From: a bacterium
Lineage (GTDB): Bacteria; UBA10199; 2-02-FULL-50-16; JAJFLM01
Reading direction: 5' to 3'
Assembly: GCA_965216315.1 (NCBI GenBank)
Contig: CBDCFN010000016.1
Coordinates: 2,176,001-2,240,000, forward strand
Length of the DNA: 64,000 bases
The stretch's first letter is position 1. Every line of letters starts with the position of its first letter. Below are positions 9,678 through 17,562 of the stretch, one piece after another. Made by a program: the position numbers and the translations under genes. Under the pieces are notes generated by a model, which did not search any database, was not told the origin of the DNA, and saw only the letters and a list, made by a program, of their open reading frames with translations.

Positions 9678-9730
9678 GGAAAATTCGCAAAGGTCTGACG
9701 AAAATTCGTAAACTTTTGAAATTAAGGGAT

Positions 9731-10510
9731 TTAGCGCCCCCGCCGACGGCGCAGCGGATCTTCACGATCAATCGCGTGACGACTACGTAATTGATTTTCC
9801 GTAAGGCGATCATAGTGCTCACCGACCCGACGAATGAAATCCGCGTTGATCTCGCGGGCGTCGCGGCGCAGCTCGCGGTCCCCTGTCTCCCACTGTTCGA
9901 TCACCCAATCGCGAAACGACAAACGGGCTTCCAACGGTTGGGCGCGCATCTCGGGCCGCACGTCTTCAATCAAATGCTCAACGGCCAACAAGCGTTGCTC
10001 ACGCGCACGTTGCTCGGGCGTCCGATGATCCACGTTAGGGCCACCCTGCCGTTGCCCGACAGGTGTTGTGTGGGACGTGTTGCCGCGCGCCAGGATTCTA
10101 CGGGCGGCTAATAAGGCAATGTTCCCCAGGACCCCCACGGCCAACACCCAAGGCCACGGCGTATCCAACCATGAGGTTGATTGCTGCGGCGGCACGTAGC
10201 TCGACGATCCCGGATGTCCCACTCCGGGTTGCAAGGGTTGATTCGGTTGCGCCGGCGGCGTCGGCTGTAGATGCGTCACCGTCGGATTCGGGGTGGTCGA
10301 ATTGCCCGCGGTATTTGTCACCGGTTGTGGCGAAGCGGCATCCGTCACGACGGGGTTAGGCTGCGGGTTCGGCGGCGTTGGGTTTGGGGTCGTCGGATTC
10401 GGTGCCGTTGGGTTTGGCTCCGGCGTCGCACAGGGCACAATCGCCTGCGCTCCGGGACTCCAACGCACTTGCTGGCCGGCTCTGTCAAAACATTGGTTTT
10501 CGGGCGGCAT
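9731..10510 (-). CDS. Family B single-pass membrane protein with C-terminal helical module and Arg-rich tail
   Basis: Start moved to MPPENQC (10510) by homology with the neighbour and to avoid overlap. Pro/Thr linker, TM WPWVLAVGVLGNIALLAARR, module PLEARL...W...LRRDA...INADFIR, ends RRRRGR. Confidence 0.85.
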   Translation of the reverse strand: MPPENQCFDRAGQQVRWSPGAQAIVPCATPEPNPTAPNPTTPNPTPPNPQPNPVVTDAASPQPVTNTAGNSTTPNPTVTHLQPTPPAQPNQPLQPGVGHPGSSSYVPPQQSTSWLDTPWPWVLAVGVLGNIALLAARRILARGNTSHTTPVGQRQGGPNVDHRTPEQRAREQRLLAVEHLIEDVRPEMRAQPLEARLSFRDWVIEQWETGDRELRRDAREINADFIRRVGEHYDRLTENQLRSRHAIDREDPLRRRRGR

Positions 10511-10524
10511 ATCGTTCCCTCTCT

Positions 10525-11304
10525 TTAACGAGCGCGATCCCGGCGGCGCTCTTCGTCCCGGCGTTCGGTTGGTAAATGCTCCGCCATCCATGGGTGACTG
10601 GCGCGGCGGCTTTCCAGTACGGACCGAATCACTTCGGACGTCACCGGATCGGTCTCGGCCCGACCATCACGCAGCAAAGGTTGGCGCCGCCAAGTACTCA
10701 GAATATCAGCGCGCAATTGCGGGAGACTTTCACTGATCGCGAGTCGCGCCTCGGCCGGTAAAGATTCATAGTTAGGGATTTCGGCGCGAATCATCCGGTC
10801 CAAAGCCGCATCGCGCTCGCGCGCCATCTCTTCAATCGATCGTTCGACGACCGGTTCAGGGTTCGTCGCAACAACCACTTCATTGTCGGCTCCGTTGGTA
10901 GCTCCATTCGGCGACGCATTGCGCCGGGATAAAAAGTGGCGGGCAGTAAAAAGTCCGATATTCCCAAACAACAAGGCGCCCACCGGCCAGTACCAATTAT
11001 TGGCAAGCCAATCCAGCGTCGAACCGTTTGAGCCGGATGAATTATTCGAAGGGGAATCGGAAGGCGTATCGGTCGACGTTGCCGTACCGGTATAAGGCAC
11101 GAGTCGTCCCTGCGCGGCATCCCAGATGACCATCTGGCCATTCTGCATAAAGGGCTGGTGGGTCGCCGGAGTCGTCGTATTGGTATCCGTACCGGCATCG
11201 GCCGTTGAACCGGCATCCGTCGTGCAGGCCACGATACTCTGAGTCGCTTGGTCCCAACGAACCTGTCGACCACCTTGATCAAAACAAAGGGCATCTGGGG
11301 GCAT
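10525..11304 (-). CDS. Family B single-pass membrane protein (paralogue of 9731..10510)
   Basis: Starts MPPDALC (RBS GGAGAAGG); TM WYWPVGALLFGNIGLFTARH; LPAEARL/PLLRDG module; ends RRRDRAR. Confidence 0.85.
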   Translation of the reverse strand: MPPDALCFDQGGRQVRWDQATQSIVACTTDAGSTADAGTDTNTTTPATHQPFMQNGQMVIWDAAQGRLVPYTGTATSTDTPSDSPSNNSSGSNGSTLDWLANNWYWPVGALLFGNIGLFTARHFLSRRNASPNGATNGADNEVVVATNPEPVVERSIEEMARERDAALDRMIRAEIPNYESLPAEARLAISESLPQLRADILSTWRRQPLLRDGRAETDPVTSEVIRSVLESRRASHPWMAEHLPTERRDEERRRDRAR

Positions 11305-11327
11305 GATAAATTCCTTCTCCATCTAGG

Positions 11328-11354
11328 TTATCGGCAGGAATTTGCGGAAGTTTC
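11328..11354 (-). promoter_or_regulatory. sigma-28-like bipartite promoter motif (variant -35)
   Basis: GAAACTTC-CGCAAATTCCT-GCCGATAA. Confidence 0.7.
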
Positions 11355-11392
11355 GCAAAATTTATCAATAATTTGCAGCTTTTGAGAAGATG

Positions 11393-13831
11393 CTAACGAC
11401 CGCTACGGCGGCGTTCATGGGGGTCTCGGCGGTCTTCCCGATTCCGCAACCAAATGCCCTGTTCCGGATGGCGCTGCTGATGGATTTCGACGACCTGATG
11501 AATAAAGCGGGCATTCATATGTCGGGCGCCATCGCGCAAGAGCGGGTGAGAACGCCAGAGCCGTAACGCCTCTTGCTGCATCGACAGCCGGGCCTCGGCG
11601 GGCAGCGCTTCAAAGTCCCGTACCTCTTGTGCCAACAGCGCTTCCGCGCGCGCTCCCATATCGAGGGTAAGCAAGCTCACCATCACCTGGGGATGGCGCG
11701 CTTGATAGAGTTCGATTCCCTGCCGCACGAAGGCCGTATTCACCGTCGTCGCCCCGTCGCGTAGTAAGGGGAAGTCCCGCCACAAGCGCTCGATCTCCCG
11801 CGCGATCTCATCGCGAATCTCGGTATCCAACTCTTCATAACCGACAATCTCTTCGCTCATCGTACGACGAATATCACGCTCGTAACCGTGATAAAGATGG
11901 GCCTCCTGATACATCGGCATGGCAAGATGCGAACGCACCTCACTCAACATCGTCGTGCGCAGGCCGGCGACCTCTCCAAAGGGATGAGTGCCTTGTTCGT
12001 GTTGTTCAACGCGCGATTCATAATACATTTCCAAGAACAGGCGCGGAAACAGTCCATCCGGTGTACGTCCCTCGGCCCGCCACAAGAGATCACGTTCCGG
12101 CTGACTTAACGCACTATAAACACTCAAGGCCTCACGCTGTTCACGTTGTTGGGCGGACGGACTCAAGGCCTCATACGCCCGGTTATACAATAGTTGTCCT
12201 TCACCCCACGGTGTCACCCAAAGGCGTTGGTGCATCTGCGCCATGCGGCTCGTTTCGATATGCTCGAGCTTCATGATATCCGTCAACGGAGTGCCGGAAC
12301 GGGCGAAACGATCGTGACGCAGTATATCGAGGGCACGCTCGACGTTCACTCCCTCAGCGCTTAAGAAACTGCGCGCATCCTCACGATAGTCACCGGTCTC
12401 GCTCATTTGTGAAATCATGATTGTCATCGCCTTCGGCTGCGCAAACGAAGTGGCATCATCATGATACATGACCGCCTCAAAATGACGGCCCACTTCCAAT
12501 ACCCGATTCCGCTGGGGATCGAGAATAAGCTCTTGGCGGGATCGGCCCGAACCGAAAATTCCGCGGACCCAGGCATGACGCCCCCCCGGCACCTGGCCTT
12601 TTTCCATGCGGGTACCTTCGACACCGATGTACTGGTAGGCCACCTGCAACAACATACCCCGCTCGTTACAGACGCCCCGTTCAATAAAATCACCAAGACG
12701 ATACATCTGGTTGGGAATACTCGAGTAGAGCCGGGCATGATCATAAGGCACATAATCGCGGACGATACGCCAGGCGCGCTCGGCCGCCTGTTGTTGAGTG
12801 ATGCGGCCGGCATCAAGTTCCTGCCGGATGGGTCCCATGTGAGCCTCGAGAAAACGCTGTAAGCGCGGGTCGGCAAAATCAACCAACACGACCTTGCCGC
12901 TACCATCGGTCCCGGAGACATTGATTGATCGGTCGGTAAATTGAGGGTTTTGAATGCGGGGGTGAATGAACTCAGCAGTCAGATCAATTTGGCGATCGCG
13001 CACGGTCAGCACTTGATCGACCGGCCATTCCGGCCGCCCCTTGATCAGCATGCGCACGCGTTGCTGACCGTCGGAGCCGGTGAACAATTCAACGCGGCCG
13101 ACATATTTTTCCTTAGAGTTTTCGATGAATAATTCAACGACACGCCCGTCGGCGACTTCCCGTAGTCGTTCGTTAATATCACGTTCCTGGACCCGAGGTA
13201 CTGAGCTCTCGGCCACGGAAATTGAACTGGAAATACTTTGAACCGGCTGGGTAGGCGTCAGAGACCCCCCATCAACATGACTCCGCCACTCCAGCTGAAC
13301 GCTCCCCAGACTCAGCACATCGCCATCACGAAGCGCAACCGAATTTCCATTGACCGGTATCTCGTCGCGATTGCCGCGCACGGGATCATCGCGAAAAATA
13401 ATCGTGCCGTTCGTACTGCCCAAATCACGGATGGAATAGTTGCCCCGCCCATCATGATGGATTGCCGCATGGCTCCGCGAAATGCGCGCGACACCGCTGA
13501 TACCGGAGTAAGCAATTTGGACTCTATCTGCACCAGGGTAACGCCCGAGCGTCATCGTATGCGCACGGCCCCTGGGAAAAGGCACCGAGATCGGATTGCC
13601 CGTCGCCGTATGCGTTCCGATTGCTGTCGTTACAGCAGGGACCAACGGTTGAGTCAGGGTCCCGGTCACCGGTTCGGTCGTAATATATTGATCCTGTCCG
13701 TTGATGGACGTTGTAGGCGCCGCGAGACTCCCGGGGGGCTGGGAAACAACAAGAGAACCGGCCGCCGGGCTCCACACCCACCACTGGCCGCTCATTTGAA
13801 AGGGTTGATAAACAGGTGTGACTGGGGGCAT
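11393..13831 (-). CDS. FHA domain + transglutaminase/papain-like (Cys-His-Asp) domain + 2 helical modules, Arg-rich tail
   Basis: FHA motifs LGR...ISRSHA...IRDLGSTNGT; putative triad GVCNERG / RHAWV / ILDP; ends RRRSGR. Confidence 0.8.
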   Translation of the reverse strand: MPPVTPVYQPFQMSGQWWVWSPAAGSLVVSQPPGSLAAPTTSINGQDQYITTEPVTGTLTQPLVPAVTTAIGTHTATGNPISVPFPRGRAHTMTLGRYPGADRVQIAYSGISGVARISRSHAAIHHDGRGNYSIRDLGSTNGTIIFRDDPVRGNRDEIPVNGNSVALRDGDVLSLGSVQLEWRSHVDGGSLTPTQPVQSISSSISVAESSVPRVQERDINERLREVADGRVVELFIENSKEKYVGRVELFTGSDGQQRVRMLIKGRPEWPVDQVLTVRDRQIDLTAEFIHPRIQNPQFTDRSINVSGTDGSGKVVLVDFADPRLQRFLEAHMGPIRQELDAGRITQQQAAERAWRIVRDYVPYDHARLYSSIPNQMYRLGDFIERGVCNERGMLLQVAYQYIGVEGTRMEKGQVPGGRHAWVRGIFGSGRSRQELILDPQRNRVLEVGRHFEAVMYHDDATSFAQPKAMTIMISQMSETGDYREDARSFLSAEGVNVERALDILRHDRFARSGTPLTDIMKLEHIETSRMAQMHQRLWVTPWGEGQLLYNRAYEALSPSAQQREQREALSVYSALSQPERDLLWRAEGRTPDGLFPRLFLEMYYESRVEQHEQGTHPFGEVAGLRTTMLSEVRSHLAMPMYQEAHLYHGYERDIRRTMSEEIVGYEELDTEIRDEIAREIERLWRDFPLLRDGATTVNTAFVRQGIELYQARHPQVMVSLLTLDMGARAEALLAQEVRDFEALPAEARLSMQQEALRLWRSHPLLRDGARHMNARFIHQVVEIHQQRHPEQGIWLRNREDRRDPHERRRSGR

Positions 13832-13874
13832 CGTTCAACTCCTATCGCAACTTTAGCCTCCCCACCCTAAATTA

Positions 13875-13901
13875 TTATCGCCGACTTTACCGAAAGGTTT
13901 C
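13875..13901 (-). promoter_or_regulatory. sigma-28-like bipartite promoter motif (degenerate)
   Basis: GAAACCTT-TCGGTAAAGTC-GGCGATAA, same spacing, upstream of the start at 13831. Confidence 0.55.
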
Positions 13902-13907
13902 GCTGCT

Positions 13908-16900
13908 TTAACGTCCCCGACGTCGTTCGTCGCGGCGGCGCTCGGTTGGTAAGTGCGTATCCATCCAGGTATGGTGCGGACGTGCACTCTCCAAGGAGGC
14001 ACGAATAAAATCTCTCGGGATCGGATCTTCAAACGAGCGACCGTCACGCAGTAACGGTTGCGAACGCCACCTACCGATAATATCGGCACGCAGGCGCGGC
14101 AGGCTCTCGGTGATCGAGAGTCGCGCTTCGGCCGGCAAGGAGTCGTAGTTAGGAATCTCCGCCCGGATCAACTGGTCCAGACGCCGTTCCCGCGCGGCGA
14201 GGCGATCTTCGACCGACAATTCCGGGGTCGGCGCCGGCTCGGGCGTCGGTGTTACTACGGGGGTGTGACTGGACGCTGCCACCACATGCGCGCCGCCGTT
14301 TCCACCGAGGGCCTGGACATGGGCCGAGATGACTTCGGCACTGCGCGTACTCGTCAAGCGATCCCCTCCGCTCGTCAACACGGCATCAATATAGGCATCG
14401 GCAAAGCGTTTGCGCAGGGTCTCACGATCCGTTGCCGAGGGATTCGCATCCCACAGCTGGGCGAAACTCGCATCGGTCCGATGTTCGGAGATAAAGTTTT
14501 CCACGGCCTCGTGCGCCCGGAACTCAAGTGTCAAATCGCGCGGCGTGACAATGCCACCACCGCCATTTTCAATCGAACGATCGGCCGCTCGGGTCAGTAT
14601 CGTCGTGATTTCACGCTGCTGATCGGCGAGCGTTCCCAATTCACGTCCGCGTCCATGATAGATGGAGGCAAGATGCTCGATAGCACCGGGTTCAAAGGTT
14701 ACACTGTTGCCGTTAGTGCGCGTTCTCAATAAGTCTTGGGCCGCGGTCTGGACGATCTCTTGGACCACGCCGCGGTCGCCTTCGAGTCTTCCGGCTGAGC
14801 CATTGGCGCCGTTCGAAACAACCGGAGTCGCGCCGTTGCCGGAACCATTGGCCCCATTGCCACCACCCGGTTGCGCACTCGGCGCCACGGGTGCATCGGC
14901 GCGCGGACCGGATCCCGGATCACGATAGCCCCCACGGTGTTCCCCTTGGGGATTCAAGGGATCAATTCTTCCGCCTGCTGGTTCGCGATAGGCCTCGTAA
15001 AAGGCATCTAAAATGCGGTCTTGGATGCGGCGATTATTCTCGATCCCGCCTTCCAGCAATTGAGTGAGTTCCCGCTGCACAGACTCGACACTATGACCGG
15101 TGCGCTCCGAAACCACACGAACGACGTCTTCCGCGGTTATTTGAATATCACTCCGGTCGTGTCCCTGCGTCATATTCGTAACGACGGCATCCATTAAGTT
15201 AATATGCGCACTCGGCGGGGCTCCACGTTCGGAAGCCCCTAAAGCGGTCAAGGCATCCTTGGCCCCATCAGTGATGTCGACGCGTTCATAGCGAAGCCGG
15301 TTAATGCGTCCTTCGGCACCGCCCAAGCGATCTCGAATCGCGTGATCAAAGACGCCGCGAACTTCTTGCGGCGTCATCGGGACGACCTCGACCAATTCGG
15401 TACGGCGGAGCAAGTCGGGCGCCTTGCGTTCGATTTCATCGAAGCGCGTTGAATCGAAAATAAAGTGGAGGTTTTCGTAGCGCGGATCCTTGCCTTCCAG
15501 GATTTCATACATCTGGGCGATCAAGTTAAGGGGCTGATTGCCGGGGCCCATTCCGGCCTCGAGAAAACGATCCGCCTCGGTCAGATGGACGATAACGGGG
15601 TGTTCACCCGCCAAGCCATCGAGGGTCCGAAAGAAAATCGTCTGGGCCCCGTTCATCCACGAACCCGCTTGTTGAACGACGCGACTCGCACTGATCTGCA
15701 CGTACCGAACATTACGTCCCTCGAAGGCCTGAACGCCGGAGTTCCCTTGAACCGCGGCAATGGCGGCTGTGGTCACCCCGTGACCTTTACCGGAACCGGA
15801 AGGTCCACCGAGGATGACGTGAGGCATCGAACCGCGGTTAAAACCGCGCAAAATCTCCCGGCCGGTCGGTGACAGGGGTGTACTTCGCGTCCTAAAGTCG
15901 GCGGTCCGGTCTCGAATAATCGGGCTCGAGTCCTGAAAAATATTGCGCCAGTGTTGCCAGACCGCGCGGCCATCACGGTGTCTCAAGCGTCCCCAGGTCG
16001 CCTTCAGAGCCGTGCGCGTGTTGGACAAGAAACTATCGAGTCCGCGTGTCCACCCTTGCTGTTTAGCCATCGCATAGGTCTGAAACAACATCGTCGCACT
16101 CAGGCCGACCATGAAATACAGGCTATACTTCGCGAGCCCGGCCGCTTCGAGTTGGGCATCCAGGCCGGTACGTTGCATGCCGAGCTGATCCGTGCGGGCG
16201 TCATCCACCGCCAACTGCGGTTGGATAAAAGTGCGGAGGCTATTGGCGATTTGCAACGTTTCCGCGTTGGTAAAATAAGGGTTGTAGGTCCCTTCGCGGG
16301 TAATATCACTCGCCACAATCTGGTGATCGGCACGAATCGAGTTCGGCGCGATTCCCGTCAGTGTAGAAATAAGATTCCGAATGCGGTTGGCATTCCCCCC
16401 CTGACTGAAACTGGATAACAGGCGCACGACGCCGGAGCGTTGCGGGGACATACAATATTCACCGGTCTCGATGCCGCCAAGTTCGAGGAGCGTCAAGATC
16501 TGGTCGTCCCTTAAGCTCATCCCGAGCGGTTGTGACCCACCTATCCCTTGAGCGCTGCAAACAGCGCCACTCCGTCCGTCACTAAAAACGATCCACGCGG
16601 GCTGACCCGTCTCACCATCGCGTGAGCGGCCAATGACTGCTTGAACACCTCCGGTAGGACCTGTTGCCCCATGTCTCAAGAGGGCTTGCTGCAAGTCCGT
16701 TGAACTCAACGGATTCTCGGTGCCACCAAGGGCACGCGCCAAATGGGTCTCCGCTAATTGAGAAATCGTCGTCGCCACGGCGCGCGCCGTGGCTGTCTTG
16801 CGGTCACCTGACACGACGGAAGACACCGCCGTTTGAATGGCCGTGGCTCGGCTGTCCGCCGGCAAACGTAACGAATTGATTCCAATCGCCACGACGCGAT

Positions 16901-17303
16901 TAAACTCCTGCTCCGTCAGCGCATTACTTCCACTCGTCGCCGAGCTGTGAATTTGCGTATAACCGGGCAGGCCGGTCCAATTAGGAATTAAATTCGCCGG
17001 GCTATACTGGCCGTTTTCAATCGCATGCATCTGGGCGTACACACGTTCCAGTTCTGCTGACGTCGGATTGCGTTCCCCGGGGAGTAAGGTGTAGTTGGGA
17101 TCGGGTCGGAGATAGGCCTTGCCATCGGTCCCGATCACAACTCGTTGGGCGCCCACCAGCGAGCGGTCTCGGGTCGGGTCGCCGAGAGGAACATGCAACG
17201 GTACGCTACAGGTCGTACTGCGCGTCGCCGTCCCTTGACAGGCGGGAACCGGCTGTACGGAAATGCCGCTATTGTTGTATGAAACTATCGGTGGTGGCGT
17301 CAA
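13908..17303 (-). CDS. Membrane-anchored protein with a degenerate ClpA/B-D1-like AAA+ domain, helical module and Arg-rich tail
   Basis: TTG start with RBS AAGGAG; TM YSLYFMVGLSATMLF; P-loop GPSGSGKG; Walker B-like VHLTE; LLRR; ITDGA; ITAEDVVRVVSERTG; ends RRRGR. Confidence 0.75.
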   Translation of the reverse strand: MTPPPIVSYNNSGISVQPVPACQGTATRSTTCSVPLHVPLGDPTRDRSLVGAQRVVIGTDGKAYLRPDPNYTLLPGERNPTSAELERVYAQMHAIENGQYSPANLIPNWTGLPGYTQIHSSATSGSNALTEQEFNRVVAIGINSLRLPADSRATAIQTAVSSVVSGDRKTATARAVATTISQLAETHLARALGGTENPLSSTDLQQALLRHGATGPTGGVQAVIGRSRDGETGQPAWIVFSDGRSGAVCSAQGIGGSQPLGMSLRDDQILTLLELGGIETGEYCMSPQRSGVVRLLSSFSQGGNANRIRNLISTLTGIAPNSIRADHQIVASDITREGTYNPYFTNAETLQIANSLRTFIQPQLAVDDARTDQLGMQRTGLDAQLEAAGLAKYSLYFMVGLSATMLFQTYAMAKQQGWTRGLDSFLSNTRTALKATWGRLRHRDGRAVWQHWRNIFQDSSPIIRDRTADFRTRSTPLSPTGREILRGFNRGSMPHVILGGPSGSGKGHGVTTAAIAAVQGNSGVQAFEGRNVRYVQISASRVVQQAGSWMNGAQTIFFRTLDGLAGEHPVIVHLTEADRFLEAGMGPGNQPLNLIAQMYEILEGKDPRYENLHFIFDSTRFDEIERKAPDLLRRTELVEVVPMTPQEVRGVFDHAIRDRLGGAEGRINRLRYERVDITDGAKDALTALGASERGAPPSAHINLMDAVVTNMTQGHDRSDIQITAEDVVRVVSERTGHSVESVQRELTQLLEGGIENNRRIQDRILDAFYEAYREPAGGRIDPLNPQGEHRGGYRDPGSGPRADAPVAPSAQPGGGNGANGSGNGATPVVSNGANGSAGRLEGDRGVVQEIVQTAAQDLLRTRTNGNSVTFEPGAIEHLASIYHGRGRELGTLADQQREITTILTRAADRSIENGGGGIVTPRDLTLEFRAHEAVENFISEHRTDASFAQLWDANPSATDRETLRKRFADAYIDAVLTSGGDRLTSTRSAEVISAHVQALGGNGGAHVVAASSHTPVVTPTPEPAPTPELSVEDRLAARERRLDQLIRAEIPNYDSLPAEARLSITESLPRLRADIIGRWRSQPLLRDGRSFEDPIPRDFIRASLESARPHHTWMDTHLPTERRRDERRRGR

Positions 17304-17384
17304 TTCCCTCTCCTTTGGCTTAGAACCCCTTCTAATGCCGATTGAAAGACCTGGGTCTCCCGATTCTTTCTATTCTCTATTTAA

Positions 17385-17411
17385 TTATCGGAAAGAATTC
17401 GCCGATGTTGC
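17385..17411 (-). promoter_or_regulatory. sigma-28-like bipartite promoter motif
   Basis: GCAACATC-GGCGAATTCTT-TCCGATAA. Confidence 0.7.
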
Positions 17412-17562
17412 TTCGAATCTTGACGAAGCTTCAAAAAAATTCCGCGACTTTGAAAAGAAGATAAAACTAAATAATATCAATAAGTTATAGAAATCCCTTC
17501 CGATGAGTTTTCATCGGCGCCGGCACCTGATCGAGTTGTCTACAAAACGGGAAAAGAGACGG

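Noticed and set aside
1300..9710. Recurrent ~55-bp intergenic sequence as a CRISPR repeat or attC-like cassette site
   Set aside because: Copies are separated by whole genes, only two boxes at fixed spacing are conserved across all sites, they sit 5' of genes in sense orientation, and no cas or integrase gene is present. A promoter fits better.
17263..17490. 75-aa plus-strand ORF in the intergenic gap
   Set aside because: It overlaps the start and promoter of the opposite-strand gene, has no RBS and no recognisable features.
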